The notes beneath the pieces were generated by a model. That model was not told the DNA's origin and did not search any database. It worked only from the letters and a program-made list of their open reading frames with translations. Positions 12,966 to 27,417 of a DNA stretch of 64,000 nt are shown piece after piece. Position 1 is the first letter of the stretch. Each line of letters opens with the position of its first letter. Location: positions 396,614,001 to 396,678,000 of the forward strand of contig OZ024740.1 of the NCBI GenBank assembly GCA_964016885.1, written 5' to 3'. The position numbers were made by a program, and so were the translations under genes. Source of the stretch: Eledone cirrhosa (lineage: Eukaryota).

Positions 12966-13589
12966 GTGATTTGAGGGAAATTCAGCAACTAAATCTACAG
13001 AAGAATCTTCATTGGCTCAAATAAAATCTGTTGAAGTAACTGGCCAATTGCCAAAGTTAGAAAGGATATGATTATATTTTTACAAAACATTTACCACCTG
13101 GTCTTTAAATACTATTAACAAAGTTCTTTCTTTTGAAATAATTTGAAATAACTTTTCCTACAGACATTGTTCTGTAGATACTTAGGTTGGATACTGACAA
13201 TATCAAATCTCACCAATCTCACTGGAAGTGGCAGCAAAGCTTACAGGGCACTGTTCCCTTTCCCTTGACTAACTTATACAATGTAAGATACAGATTCATT
13301 ATGAAAAGCAAAGTTGATGGTCTGTAATTTAGTCAAATATTATCGACTAGTATATATCAACATTGCTTTTGACAAAATAGCAGACACACTAACTAGTTGC
13401 TAACACACTAATGTTGCTCTTTAACAAAATAACTGGTCAGTAACTCAGTATAAACTAATATTAATCTTTGACAAGATGAAGATCAGTAATTGACCACTGT
13501 ACACTAGCATTGATCTTTGACAAGACAACAGTAAGTGACCAGTATATACTAATATTGCTCTTTGGCGAGATGGCAGGTAAGTACCTGAC

Positions 13590-16500
13590 CAGTACATACT
13601 AATGTTGCTCTTTGACGGGATGACAGTAAGTGACCATTACATACTAATGTTGCTCTTTGACAGGATGACAGTAAGTGACCAGTACATACTAATGTTGCTC
13701 TTTGACAGGATGACAGTAAGTGACCTGTACATACTAATATTGCTCTTTGACAGGATGACAGTAAGTGACCATAACATACTAATATTGCTCTTTGACAGGA
13801 TGACAGTAAGTGACATGTACATACTAATGTTGCTCTTTGACAGGATGACAGTAAGTGACCATTACATACTAATGTTGCTCTTTGACAGGATTACAGTAAG
13901 TGACCATAACATACTAATGTTGCTCTTTGACAGGATGACAGTAAGTGACCATAACATACTAATGTTGCTCTTTGACAGGATGACAGTAAGTGACCATAAC
14001 ATACTAATGTTGCTCTTTGACAGGATGACAGTAAGTGACCATAACATACTAATGTTGCTCTTTGACAGGATGACAGTAAGTGACCAGTACATACTAATAT
14101 TGCTCTTTGACAGGATGACAGTAAGTGACCATTACATACTAATGTTGCTCTTTGACAGGATGACAGTAAGTGACCATAACATACTAATGTTGCTCTTTGA
14201 CAGGATGACAGTAAGTGACCAGTACATACTAATGTTGCTCTTTGACAGGATGACAGTAAGTGACCAGACCATACTAATATTGCTCTTTGACAGGATGACA
14301 GTAAGTGACCAGTACATACTAATATTGCTCTTTGACAGGATGACAGTAAGTGACCAGTACATACTAATGTAGCCCTTTGACAGGATGACAGTAAGTGACC
14401 AGTACATACTAATGTAGCCCTTTGACAGGATGACAGTGAATGACCAGTACATACTAATGTTGCTCTTTGACAGGATGACAGTGAATGACCAGTACATACT
14501 AATGTAGCCCTTTGACAGGATGACAGTAAGTGACCTGTACATACTAATGTTGCTCTTTGACAGGATGACAGTGAATGACCAGTACACACTAATGTTGCTC
14601 TTTGACAGGATGACAGTGAATGACCAGTACATACTAATGTTGCTCTTTGACAGGATGACAGTAAGTGACCATAACATACTAATGTTGCTCTTTGACAGGG
14701 TGACAGTGAATGACCAGTACATACTAATGTTGCTCTTTGACAGGATGACAGTGAATGACCAGTACATACTAATGTTGCTCTTTCACAGGATGACAGTAAG
14801 TGACCAGTACATACTAATGTAGCCCTTTGACAGGATGACAGTGAATGACCAGTACACACTAATGTTGCTCTTTGACAGGATGACAGTGAATGACCAGTAC
14901 ATACTAATGTTGCTCTTTGACAGGATGACAGTGAATGACCAGTACACACTAATGTTGCTCTTTGACAGGATGACAGTAAGTGAACAGTACATACTAATGT
15001 TGCTCTTTGACAGGGTGACAGTGAATGACCAGTACATACTAATGTTGCTCTTTGACAGGATGACAGTAAGTGACCAGACCATACTAATATTGCTCTTTGA
15101 CAGGATGACAGTAAGTGACCAGTACATACTAATATTGCTCTTTGACAGGATGACAGTAAGTGACCAGTACATACTAATGTTGCTCTTTGACAGGATGACA
15201 GTAAGTGACCAGACCATACTAATGTTGCTCTTTGACAGGGTGACAGTAAGTGACCAGTAGATACTAATGTTGCTCTTTGATAGGATGACAGTGAATGACC
15301 AGTACACACTAATGTTGCTCTTTGACAGGGTGACAGTGAATGACCAGTACACACTAATGTTGCTCTTTGACAGGGTGACAGTGAATGACCAGTACATACT
15401 AATGTTGCTCTTTGACAGGGTGACAGTAAGTGACCAGTAGATACTAATGTTGCTCTTTGATAGGATGACAGTGAATGACCAGTACACACTAATGTTGCTC
15501 TTTGACAGGATGACAGTGAATGACCAGTACATACTAATGTTGCTCTTTGACAGGATGACAGTAAGTGACCATAACATACTAATGTTGCTCTTTGACAGGA
15601 TGACAGTGAATGACCAGTACACACTAGTGTTGCTCTTTGACAGGATGACAGTGAATGACCAGTACATACTAATGTTGCTCTTTGACAGGATGACAGTAAG
15701 TGACCAGTACATACTAATATTGCTCTTTGACAGGATGACAGTAAGTGACCATTACATACTAATGTTGCTCTTTGACAGGATGACAGTAAGTGACCATAAC
15801 ATACTAATATTGCTCTTTGACAGGATGACAGTAAGTGACCAGTACATACTAATATTGCTCTTTGACAGGATGACAGTAAGTGACCAGTACATACTAATGT
15901 TGCTCTTTGACAGGATGACAGTAAGTGACCAGACCATACTAATATTGCTCTTTGACAGGATGACAGTAAGTGACCAGTACATACTAATATTGCTCTTTGA
16001 CAGGATGACAGTAAGTGACCAGTACATACTAATGTAGCCCTTTGACAGGATGACAGTAAGTGACCAGTACATACTAATGTAGCCCTTTGACAGGATGACA
16101 GTGAATGACCAGTACATACTAATGTTGCTCTTTGACAGGATGACAGTGAATGACCAGTACATACTAATGTAGCCCTTTGACAGGATGACAGTAAGTGACC
16201 TGTACATACTAATGTTGCTCTTTGACAGGATGACAGTGAATGACCAGTACACACTAATGTTGCTCTTTGACAGGATGACAGTGAATGACCAGTACATACT
16301 AATGTTGCTCTTTGACAGGATGACAGTGAATGACCAGTACACACTAATGTTGCTCTTTGACAGGGTGACAGTGAATGACCAGTACATACTAATGTTGCTC
16401 TTTGACAGGATGACAGTGAATGACCAGTACATACTAATGTTGCTCTTTCACAGGATGACAGTAAGTGACCAGTACATACTAATGTAGCCCTTTGACAGGA

Positions 16501-17935
16501 TGACAGTGAATGACCAGTACACACTAATGTTGCTCTTTGACAGGATGACAGTGAATGACCAGTACATACTAATGTTGCTCTTTGACAGGATGACAGTGAA
16601 TGACCAGTACACACTAATGTTGCTCTTTGACAGGATGACAGTAAGTGAACAGTACATACTAATGTTGCTCTTTGACAGGGTGACAGTGAATGACCAGTAC
16701 ATACTAATGTTGCTCTTTGACAGGGTGACAGTGAATGACCAGTACACACTAATGTTGCTCTTTGACAGGGTGACAGTGAATGACCAGTACACACTAATGT
16801 TGCTCTGTGACAGGGTGACAGTGAATGACCAGTACACACTAATGTTGCTCTTTGACAGGGTGACAGTGAATGACCAGTACATGCTAATGTTGCTCTTTGA
16901 CAGGGTGACAGTAAGTGACCAGTAGATACTAATGTTGCTCTTTGATAGGATGACAGTGAATGACCAGTACACACTAATGTTGCTCTTTGACAGGGTGACA
17001 GTGAATGACCAGTACACACTAATGTTGCTCTTTGACAGGGTGACAGTGAATGACCAGTACATACTAATGTTGCTCTTTGACAGGGTGACAGTAAGTGACC
17101 AGTAGATACTAATGTTGCTCTTTGATAGGATGACAGTGAATGACCAGTACACACTAATGTTGCTCTTTGACAGGATGACAGTGAATGACCAGTACATACT
17201 AATGTTGCTCTTTGACAGGATGACAGTAAGTGACCATAACATACTAATGTTGCTCTTTGACAGGATGACAGTGAATGACCAGTACACACTAGTGTTGCTC
17301 TTTGACAGGATGACAGTGAATGACCAGTACACACTAATGTTGCTCTTTGACAGGATGACAGTGAATGACCAGTACACACTAATGTTGCTCTTTGAGAGGG
17401 TGACAGTGAATGACCAGTACACACTAATGTTGCTCTTTGACAGGATGACAGTGAATGACCAGTACACACTAAAGTTGCTCTTTGACAGGATGACAGTGAA
17501 TGACCAGTACACACTAATGTTGCTCTTTGACAAGATGACAGTGAATGGCCAGTACACACTAATGTTGCTCTTTGACAGGATGACAGTGAATGACCAGTAC
17601 ACACTAATGTTGCTCTTTGAGAGGGTGACAGTGAATGACCAGTACACACTAATGTTGCTCGTTGACAGGATGACAGTGAATGACCAGTACACACTAATGT
17701 TGCTCTTTGACAGGGTGACATTGAATGACCAGTACACACTAATGTTGCTCTTTGACAGGGTGACAGTGAATGACCAGTACATACTAATGTTGCTCTTTGA
17801 CAGGATGACAGTGAATGACCAGTACACACTAATGTTGCTCTTTGACAGGGTGACAGTCAATGACCAGTACATACTAATGTTGCTCTTTGACAGGATGACA
17901 GTGAATGACCAGTACATACTAATGTTGCTCCATGC
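13590..17935. repeat. 45-bp satellite array (about 96 units)
   Basis: Monomer GACCAGTACATACTAATGTTGCTCTTTGACAGGATGACAGTAAGT. Degenerate units at 13360-13590 and 17935-18005. Confidence 0.97.
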
Positions 17936-19324
17936 CAGGATGATAGGCACGCAACTGACCAGTGTACATTAACATTTATCTTTGACAATATGAGAGACAG
18001 ACCAGTAACTGTTGTTTTTTAATTTGAAAGCCTAAGTTGAATGAAACTCCCTAATAACTATTGACAGAGTGTTCTATATGTGTCTATTTTTCTTAATTTC
18101 TTTTAAATAATCAATTTGAACCACATTATTAAGCTGGTGATAGTAGATAGGCATTCTTTCATAACATTATTTTAGATTTAAAGATGAATATTCTAAAACT
18201 AGAGAGATGTCACCATAGGATTAAGGTAGTTTTTGGCAGGTTGGTATCAAAGGATTAATATTTTACAACCCTATTTTATCCAAGAATAAAAATTAAACTG
18301 AAAGAAAAGAAAATGTTCAATTTTACTGTTTTGTTTTATTTTACTTTATTATTTTGTAAGTTTGACAGACTAGAAATTATTGGATGGCCACCACCATTTA
18401 ATGTCTATTTTCCATGCTTGCAGGGTTAGACAGGCTGTTACATTATGAGGCTAGACAGGTCAGGTGATCACATCTTGCTCATATGATTCATTTTTAGCCT
18501 GGTTTGTTATGGTTGGATACCCTTCCTAACACCAGCTGTTTTACAGGGTGGACTTTATCGTGCCACCAATATGGCCATCTTACAGAATGGACTGGGTGCT
18601 TCTTGTCATCACACCAGCACTGGGGGCAAGCAAGTGCCGTATCTTGGTGGTGCATGTGTATATATATTTAATATTTAGTTATGTTAGTATGTGGTTGGAA
18701 TGTGAGAAGAGATTGGGAAAATCATCATCATCATCATTTAACGTTCATTTTCCATGCTAGCATGGGTTAGACGGGTTGTCCCATTGGAGCCAAGTTGTGT
18801 CAGGTGACTGTGTCTTGATTATATAGGACTGTTTCTGGCTAGGTTTCTATGGCAGGATGCCCTTCCTAATAAATAGAAGTATTCACTTCTTAAGAAAGAT
18901 TGTTTAACATAGGTTATAGAATAGTAGATTACACTACGGTTATGTAAAATGATATTTTGCTGTAATGGGGGTAAGAAAAAGTAGATTAGAGAAAAAAAGC
19001 AGATATTGTTGTAGCAATACTAAGACGACAGAAAAGGATCAGTTTTATAGTTGTTAAGTGTAAGAGACACTATACAATAATGTGTTTTCCAATCAAATAG
19101 ATGGTAATTTTTAAAATGTGTTTTGCTACTTAAATGATCAAATAAAGAGTACTATTCCAAATATGGTATCAGTATTCCATGGAAAAGAATCACAACTAAC
19201 TGAAGTAAAAGATTGTCAGGCTATAGGTTCCTCCATTACCATAAATTAACTTTCAATATCAATATCTAGAAGTATAGCCAACTGTTCTAACTGGTAGGTT
19301 ATTGTATAATTTACAAGTTTTTGT

Positions 19325-19553
19325 TTAACCCTTTAGCATTTAAACCAGCTGTATTTGGCCAGAATTCTCTCAACTCTTTCTGTTCAAACCAGCTGTAACT
19401 GGCCCCTTATACTGATGTTAAGGTATTGTTCTCAAAATAAATAATAACAAAATCTCATAGACTCAATATTATGTAAGATAATTATCTGAGGTAAAGCTTT
19501 TACCACGAAAATACAATATTAAATATAGAGTATTGTAAATGCTAAAGGGCTAA
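19325..19553. mobile_element. piggyBac-like MITE, family 1 (opposite orientation)
   Basis: TTAA-CCCTTTAGCATTT ... AAATGCTAAAGGG-CTAA. Confidence 0.7.
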
Positions 19554-20031
19554 CACATAGAGTTGATACAAAATCCTTCCATGTGCCAACAGAAAGCCAC
19601 AGGAAAACAGTCCAGTGTATTTTGTATTGAAGTTCTTAAGTGGTGGGATGAGTCTAAATTTAGAGAAGAATCCACAATTTGTAATTAGGATTCAGAAAAG
19701 GTCTAATTCCTTAATGGAGATATAACTCTATCTAAGGAGTGTGCTTTCCAGGAAAGGTCATTTGAGATGGGAATGTATATTTAAACAGATAGTTCAAATG
19801 GTATGCCATTTTAGGAAAAAATATTGTACATATTTTTAATGAAGGAAGAATAGATAGAGGGATATATATATACATACACACACACAGACATATATATATA
19901 CACACACATAGAGAAGCAGAGAAAAAATTTGGAGAAAGGGAAAGATAAATGCAATAATTCAAGAGATTTTTTCACACTTCATTGAAGAGCAATAAATAAA
20001 CTCTCTATGGGAGTTGTTGATAATGTCATAT

Positions 20032-20555
20032 ATCATCATCATCGTTTAACGTCCATATTCCACGCTTGCATGGGTTTGGACGGGAGTTTTCCCACTTGAG
20101 GCAAGAGTGGTTGTTTTGCTCGCATAGGACTGTCTGGCGGGTTTTCTACGGCTGGATGCCCTTCCTAATACCAACCACATTTACAGTGTGGAACTGGGAG
20201 GTTTTTACCGTGTTACCTACACGACCACATTACAGTGTGGACTGTGTGTTTTTTTGTCGTGACACCTACACGACCTCATTTGTTTCGGCCTGGATGTTGT
20301 GGTACCAACATAACTTTACATTGAAAGGGGCGGTGTGGATGGGGTGGGGGTAGTGGGACGGGGTGTATTTTGTTAGAGGTGCCTACTGACTGTAGTAGGT
20401 TTTACTTTGTATTTAGGTAAGGCGGGTCTTCTCTATTACTGAGTACCGCCAAAGATCTCGATCCAGTGACATTGTCTTGGAGAGGTGTAAGTGTGTGAGG
20501 TCGGAATTTATCAAGTCGTCCCAGGTTTTTCTGGGTCTGCCTACTCCGTGGCTAT
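20032..20555 (-). mobile_element. RTE LINE 3' end, closely related to 46800-47330
   Basis: SHGVGRPRKTWDDLINSDLTHLHLSKTMSLDRDLWRYSVIEKTRLT plus a matching 3' UTR and (GAT)n tail. Confidence 0.9.
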
Positions 20556-21772
20556 CTGTTAGATATTTCCTGTGATCTCTATTATTGTCATTTAGTTCCA
20601 AACCATCCCTATCTGAGGAGACCAATGATCAATAACATTCCAGGCATGACCATTTTGCCTTTTGTTTATCTAGGAATATGTGTCATTGTTTTTTTTAAAG
20701 TTAGTATGGTGGGAGATTTGGCTGCTATTTATCAGGTGTTGGTGTAAAGGCTCCCTTGCTGGCTTGGTATGATTTATGTTTAATATTGAAGTATTTTGTT
20801 GTGAGAAATTGCATGAACATCATAACAGTGATTTTGTTTTGTTGAAGAAGCTAATGTGGTATTCATTCTATTGTCTTCTTTCCTCATCTTCTTTCTGTTA
20901 TATCTCCGTTCACATCTGGATTGTTTTATTGAAATATTTAATTAACCATAGTACATGACTTGGATTTTTATCAATTCTGGAAAGGTGAAAGGCAAAGTTG
21001 ACCTCAACAGGATTTAAACTCAGCACCATAACTAAATACTCTACATGATTGCTTGACTTGCTAGAAATAGCAATCAAATCATCTTCAAATTTTACTGTAC
21101 AGTCTAAAAAAATAGGAAGGACACTGAATAACCTAGTCCTTGATATATAAAAAGTTGGGATGGTCATAATTGGAATGTTTTTTATCATATGTATGCTTAA
21201 TTAGAGCTGACATGGTGCTGGCTAAACAACAACAACGTTTATTACATTATTTTTTATTATGAAATGCTCACATTTGAAAGCAATAATTGAGTCTTGAAAT
21301 AATATATTATTCAAAATAAATACTAATTTTTTAAGATAAAATATTCTTTGAACTATAAATGTTTTTTTTTGTCTAATTCTATTTTATCCACTGCCCTGTA
21401 CCAGAAAATGCTGCAATGTGGTGAAGTTTATCCTGGATTTTAAGGCAAATAGTTGAGTAACATCTATTTCTGGATACGTGTTTAGTCTATTGCAAGTTTG
21501 ACATTACATAGGAAGATTTTAACTCAGCCCTGAAATAAATGAAGCATTATTCAATAATTTACTCACTATACCCATCTCCATCCTCTTGGCTTTGTGGTAC
21601 TTATTGAAAAGTAAAGTAATTTGAGAGCCATTGAGTGTTGTTTTTCTCTGGAAGACAGTGAAGCACTTACTTTTCACTTGAGAGCCTTCCGATGGTAGGA
21701 TTATAGCCTCTTAATTTGGCCAAGTAAAAAACCCCAAAAATTTAAATAATATAATAAAGAATTAACTGTTAC

Positions 21773-21865
21773 CTTCATCATTCTTGGTAGGCGTAGCCAG
21801 CTGTTGAAGTTGACGTGGGGCAGCAAATAAAATATGTCAAGTGGTAACAAAGAGGCCAAATCAGA
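21773..21865 (-). CDS. CNGB: CNG channel beta subunit, 93-nt exon (S3-S4)
   Basis: Encodes SDLASLLPLDIFYLLPHVNFNSWLRLPRMMK, with the D..S.LP.D S3 motif and LRLPR S4 motif. Acceptor ttttaccttccag, donor AAG|gtaaca. Confidence 0.93.
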
Positions 21866-24214
21866 CTGGAAGGTAAAAAAGAAATGAAAGACAAAGATGT
21901 ATTTGTGACTGAAATAAAACAAATTTATGTTGTTTTACATTTATGATTCTCTGGTATGTAACTACATAGTTCAGATTATTGGTGGCATAGCAGTAAAACA
22001 TTTAATGCTTATTATACAACCATACAAGCTTACTGGTTGAAAGACTTTATTGGAATTAAAGTAGTTAATGTTTTACATTGCTCTTGTTTCAAACAGATAA
22101 GTACATTTCAATGAGATTTTCATAGGTGAACAGTAAATATATATATGTTTCAGTTAGAAGCAAAACAAACAGACAAATGCATTAACTGAACAATATACAA
22201 ATGTATAAATAATAATAAATTGATAAATAGATGTATTAAAGGGCATACAAAAACTAATGAAAAGAGTAGTGGAACATTTGAACATTAATGGAAGTATTCA
22301 CAGAAGGAAGGAGAGTTGTAGCAGAACAAGGAAAAAATATTTGGCATAAAAAAAATGTTCAGTTCCCTTAAGAAATGGAATTGGATTGGCTTAGAAATGT
22401 GGGATGGAACTGGTAAAGCCTGGAAATATTTTCAGTAGAAATGTCAGATTTATAGTTGAAAGTGACAGGAAGCTTTGAATATAATAAAGGGGTGTTGTTA
22501 TAAATTCTTATTTAGGGTAAAATATTCTTTTATGATTTACATTACAATTCCTTCCTATCCCATTTCTGTTATTAATTGGGAGATTCAAGAGGAAAGGTAA
22601 ATGATAGGAAAACTTTGATTTTGAGAACACTTGATTAAGTATATTTAACTTTCTTAATTCTTATTGAATTAAGAACAACTTCAGTTGAAGTACCGACACC
22701 GAATTACATTTAATCCAAGCAAATAATTCTTTAAAAATATTTCCCCAATATTTCAGTAGTAATCATCAAAATCTTGGAGTTGTCTAAGACTTCTAGCATT
22801 GTTTTAAAACCATCCTGTCTATTTCTATTTTCTCACAGATTAAATCAGAGTGAATACCATGACCTTTATACCTGAAGCACTATAAAGAATGTATAGATAC
22901 TCAGTTTATATTTTCAAATTTTCTATTAAACAGACAAACTTATAAAAAAGTGTTTCAATATGTACATCCTTAATGCTACATCTTCTCACTCTCATCATAG
23001 CACTAGTGCCACAAGAATAAGCTCCTACATGGCATCTCAACCCACAAAAAATAGCATCCCAATTTCTCTCATATCACATCCTGTTGTCTTAAAAAAGAAG
23101 GAAAACTTACAAAAAGATTTGGTGTCAGAAAAGGCATCTGACCATGATGATGATAAGGATGAGGATGATAAATACATACATACAATCATACATACACACA
23201 TACAGTTTTCCTTTCTCCTCCACACATACAAACATCATTTCCTTCAAAGCAACAGAAAAGATGTCAGACGGTAAGGTGCATCCAATTCAAGGGAGATTTC
23301 GTTATTTTTATCAGGTCAAGTAACTTTGCTTGGTTTCATTTCCATTTTGTTATATTACAAAAAGGGATTCATCTTTTCAATTTGTTTGTCTGTTTCAGCC
23401 ATGTCACACTTTCCCCCTCCTGTTTCCGCCTTTGTTTCTCTCAATTTCTCTCTCTTTCCTCTACTTCTGCAATATATATATATATATATATACATATTAC
23501 AGAAAAATGTTGCTTATCTTAGTTGTTACGTTGTAACATCTAGAGGATAAGCCGTCCTAACGAACCAAAACAGTTCATGTCAGTAGTTTATCCTAGGTAG
23601 GTGATAATGAGTGATAGAGTATTAATTTATCAAATAATTGTTTCTACTTTTGGCACAAGGCCAGCAATTACCCAATGCATTACTGGTACTTTATCTTATT
23701 GACGCGGTAAGGATGAAAGGCAAAGTTAACCTCGGCGGGATTTGAACTCAGAATCTTAACTACCAAATAATGGTAGTTAAGATGGGATTAATTCACCATA
23801 ATTGTTTATTGCATTATATATATTTCTGTTACATGGTTATTCATGTGACTTCGTCAGATGCTTACGCAATCATAGGTGCAATGATGCAATCATTGAGATA
23901 TGCTGGTGGCCATGTAAAACTATCCAGGATGGTTCTTTAATTGTGGATTGTCAAAGCTCTTTCGTCACACGTTCTGTGACTTACTCTGTGACTTCCTCAG
24001 TGACTACCTTTGTTGTTATTTTATGTCTCTCCTTTGTTCTATCCTACATGATCTTGTTTGGTGAGCTGTGTACTTGGGCTGCATATGCATTATATCTGGG
24101 TTTGTGTGTGTGTGTTTGTGTTTTTTAAAAATTAATTAATTTATTTATATGTTTATTTACTCGTCTCTAGTTGGTTGCTTGACAACATACATACATGCAT
24201 GAGAATTGCAGCAT

Positions 24215-25020
24215 TGTCACAGATGATTGCCGTCTCTTATTGTTCCTTCATTGTCATCCCATCTGTGTCCATGACTTCGTAGATGACTTTTTAGACTAGC
24301 TACAGATCTGCATGGTTTATGACACAAGTGACAGAAGAGAGTTGTACTTTCCACAGGATTGGTGGGGTCATTTTGTGGGATACAATCCTTATGCCCCATA
24401 ATGTGTTTTTTTAGTCTGGAACTAGTTCTACATACTTTGTTGCATATCACACACGTTGTTTCACCAGGTCATTGTTGAGTGGTGTTGCAGGTGGTTGTTC
24501 TTTCATGTGACTTCAGGTGATTAACATAACCAGCTTTTGAGATAAGTACATGTTGACAGAATTTGCATTTCCAACTACTGATGTCTTCATCATGACTGTG
24601 AGCATAACCTTTCTAGAGCTGATGCTTCAGTTGCTTATGTTCTAGACGACATTCTTCAAATGTTTTGCAACTGCCTTTTATACACTTTCTCCACTCAGCC
24701 CTATTTACAGCAATCTCCTCCCAGTTGTCTATATCAAATGCCAGCTCTTTGACGTTGTTCTTGATGCTGTACTTGTGCCTCATTTTTGGTTTGTGTTGAG
24801 TCCTTTTTCAAAGATGGAGCTCACTGTAAAACAGTTGCTTTGGGATCCTGCTATCTTTCATGCAGGCCCTATATACTGTCCAGCACATTTAAGAAGATGC
24901 TTGGACATTCGGTTTTGACAAGGACATCAATGTCAGGAGTTCTGTCATGCCACTTGATGTTGATTATGCACCCTAGACATTTCTGGTGAAAGGTTTAAGC
25001 AATTTGATATGTTTCCATTC
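24215..25020 (-). mobile_element. RTE/BovB-like LINE C-terminal fragment with C2H2 zinc fingers
   Basis: FHQKCLGCIINIKWHD-like segment followed by three fingers (CKFC..H...H, CMICNKVC..LKKHIMGH, CHLCHKPC..LKSHLRSH). Confidence 0.7.
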
Positions 25021-26447
25021 ATACATGTAATTACACACTCACACATACACTCATACTTATAATGGTTTAGCCATCAGATAGTCAAGCTATGTTTAAGCTA
25101 ATAGCGAAAAGGGTAACAAAATGAAAATCTAAGTCAAATAGGTATGCAGCTAATGAAAAAGTTAGTCGAGCACCAATATTATTTTTTCTGCAGCAAGTAC
25201 AGTAGACATCTTCAGATGTGTTTCAATCTTGTGATTCTTTATATGAAACACAAACTCACCATAACTTACTGAAGCATTTAATGATTAAATTGCTGTGTAA
25301 ACATAACAAATAAATATAGATATCTATTGGTGCAGAATAAGAGACTTACTGAAAAATTAAATTATTCTGAGATGCCATCCACATAACTAAGCTAATGGCG
25401 GTAACTGATTAATGAAGGTTATAAGTTGAGTTAATTTGAAAGATTCATTCAAGTGCAAAATTAATGCTGACAGGATAGGTGAGACATATGGAAGTTTTTG
25501 AGAGATGTTAGGGAATATTTGAGGAAGTTTTAAGGAAATTAATGTGTTCTATGATACATATAGTAACAAATTCAACTCCCTCAATATAAATTAATTAACT
25601 CTTTTGATACCAAACCTCACAAAACCAGCTTTTACAGGGTCCCTGTTTAAATTAAAACTTTACAACATAATTTTATATAAGAACCATGTGTTAAATTGCT
25701 ACCTTAGCAAATACATTATTAATAATTTTAGCAAATCCTTCAAAATTCTTCATTAATTAATTGAAAAAGAGTATATTTCATTAGAAAAATCATTATGAAA
25801 TGGTTAGTTGTTGTCAGACTGTCTCAGCTGATTTGGGTAGATCTAGGAAATGAAGTCAGTTGATCAAAGTTCTAGCTATGATTATCCTGATTTTAGTGTA
25901 TTGATAGGTGTTGGTGGTTTTATGGTTGTATCATAATGTGTATTGATGGTTTTGTAGTTGTATCATAATGTGTATTGTTGGTTTTGTGATTGTGACATAT
26001 TGTATGCTGGTGGGTTTGTTATTGTAGAATAATGTGTGTTGGGTTTGTGGTTGTAACATTTAATGTATTGGTAGGATAGTATGTTGCTATGATAATGATG
26101 ATTATTCTCTGTCAGTTTCAACAATGAACATTCAGTTGGGCAATCAACTGAACTACCTACTCATTAAATTAACATGTAAGTGGCTGAGTATTCCACAGAT
26201 GAGTGTGCACTTGGTGAAACACTAAAGCTGAATCAGCATGAAACAATACATAACAAAGCAGGACCTTTGAATCACTGGCCCAATCTATTGAATTTTATTC
26301 TTAAAGCTTGGGTAGATACAAGGTAAACCTTGTGTTGTCCAAAATACTGCACAGAGGGACTGAACATGAGACCTACAGATTTCTAAATGTATGTTGGTGG
26401 GTTTGTAGTTGGAGAATATAGTATTGGTGAGGCAGATATTGTAGTAC

Positions 26448-26790
26448 ATAATTGTTTCTACTTTTGGCACAAGACCAGCAATTATCCCAGTGCATTACTG
26501 GTACTTTATTTTATCGGCCCTGTAAGGATGAAAGGCAAAGTTAACCTTGGCGGAATTTGAACTCAGACCATAAAGGGCCGTAACTCTTTGCTGCAAAGCA
26601 TGGCGTTCGATACTACCGATACTGCCAATGCACATAATTGTTTCTACTTTTGGCACAAGGCCATCAATTACCCAGTGCATTACTGGTACTTTATTTTATC
26701 GGCCCTGTAAGGATGAAAGGCAAAGTGAACCTCGGCGGGATTTGAACTCAGACCATAAAGGGACGTAACTATGTCTGCCAATGCACATAA
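26448..26790 (-). mobile_element. Two tandem family B SINE copies
   Basis: The block ATAATTGTTTCTACTTTTGGCACAAG...GATTTGAACTCAG occurs twice. Confidence 0.8.
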
Positions 26791-27417
26791 TGTGGGTAGG
26801 ATAGTGTTGTAGCACGTAGTGTGTAAGTGGGATAGTGATCACCAACACTAGGGAGGCTGTCATTTCCTTGACATAACTAAAGGGTCCTCTCAACCCTTTT
26901 AGGCATAATTTCTACAGTGAGGTGCCCTTTCTGTCACCAACCAGCCTTATGGAGTGTACCAGGTGTATCTTTGTGGTGCCATCAATAGAGATATTGTTGT
27001 TCATAGGCACAACTGTAGAGCCCTCTGAGTTCTAGAGAGGGGGCAATTGGGAAGAGGATAGGTATGCTTATAAGTGTATGTGGGGATTTGGCAGGGCAAT
27101 AGTTCCAGGGTAGGAGTGGCTGATTAGTATATGAAGAGAAGGGGGATATAATTGTGTGAGGGAGGGGGTCAATAGAGAGGGGGTTAAGGTGGAGAGATAG
27201 GTAAGGGGAGTAGTGACAGAGTAATAAGTGGTAGTGGGGGTGAACAAAGGGTAGAGAGAGTAGTTACTAGGGTGCAATTGTGAGAATATCTAAGGTTTTT
27301 AGAGGTGGAGTATGGGTTGTGGGTGCAGTAGTTGTGAGAACAGATGGTAGGATAGTTGTAAGGCTTAGTTTCTTAAGGTCACTTTTCACTACCTCACCCC
27401 ATGTCTTCCTGGATATA

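Noticed and set aside
13891-17829. 1312-aa ORF and overlapping repeat ORFs
   Set aside because: A by-product of a 45-bp monomer (a multiple of 3) lacking stops in some frames. Several frames on both strands are open, and there is no unique flanking coding sequence.
13590-17935. CRISPR-like appearance of the array
   Set aside because: There are no unique spacers or cas genes; it is a head-to-tail satellite in a eukaryotic intron.
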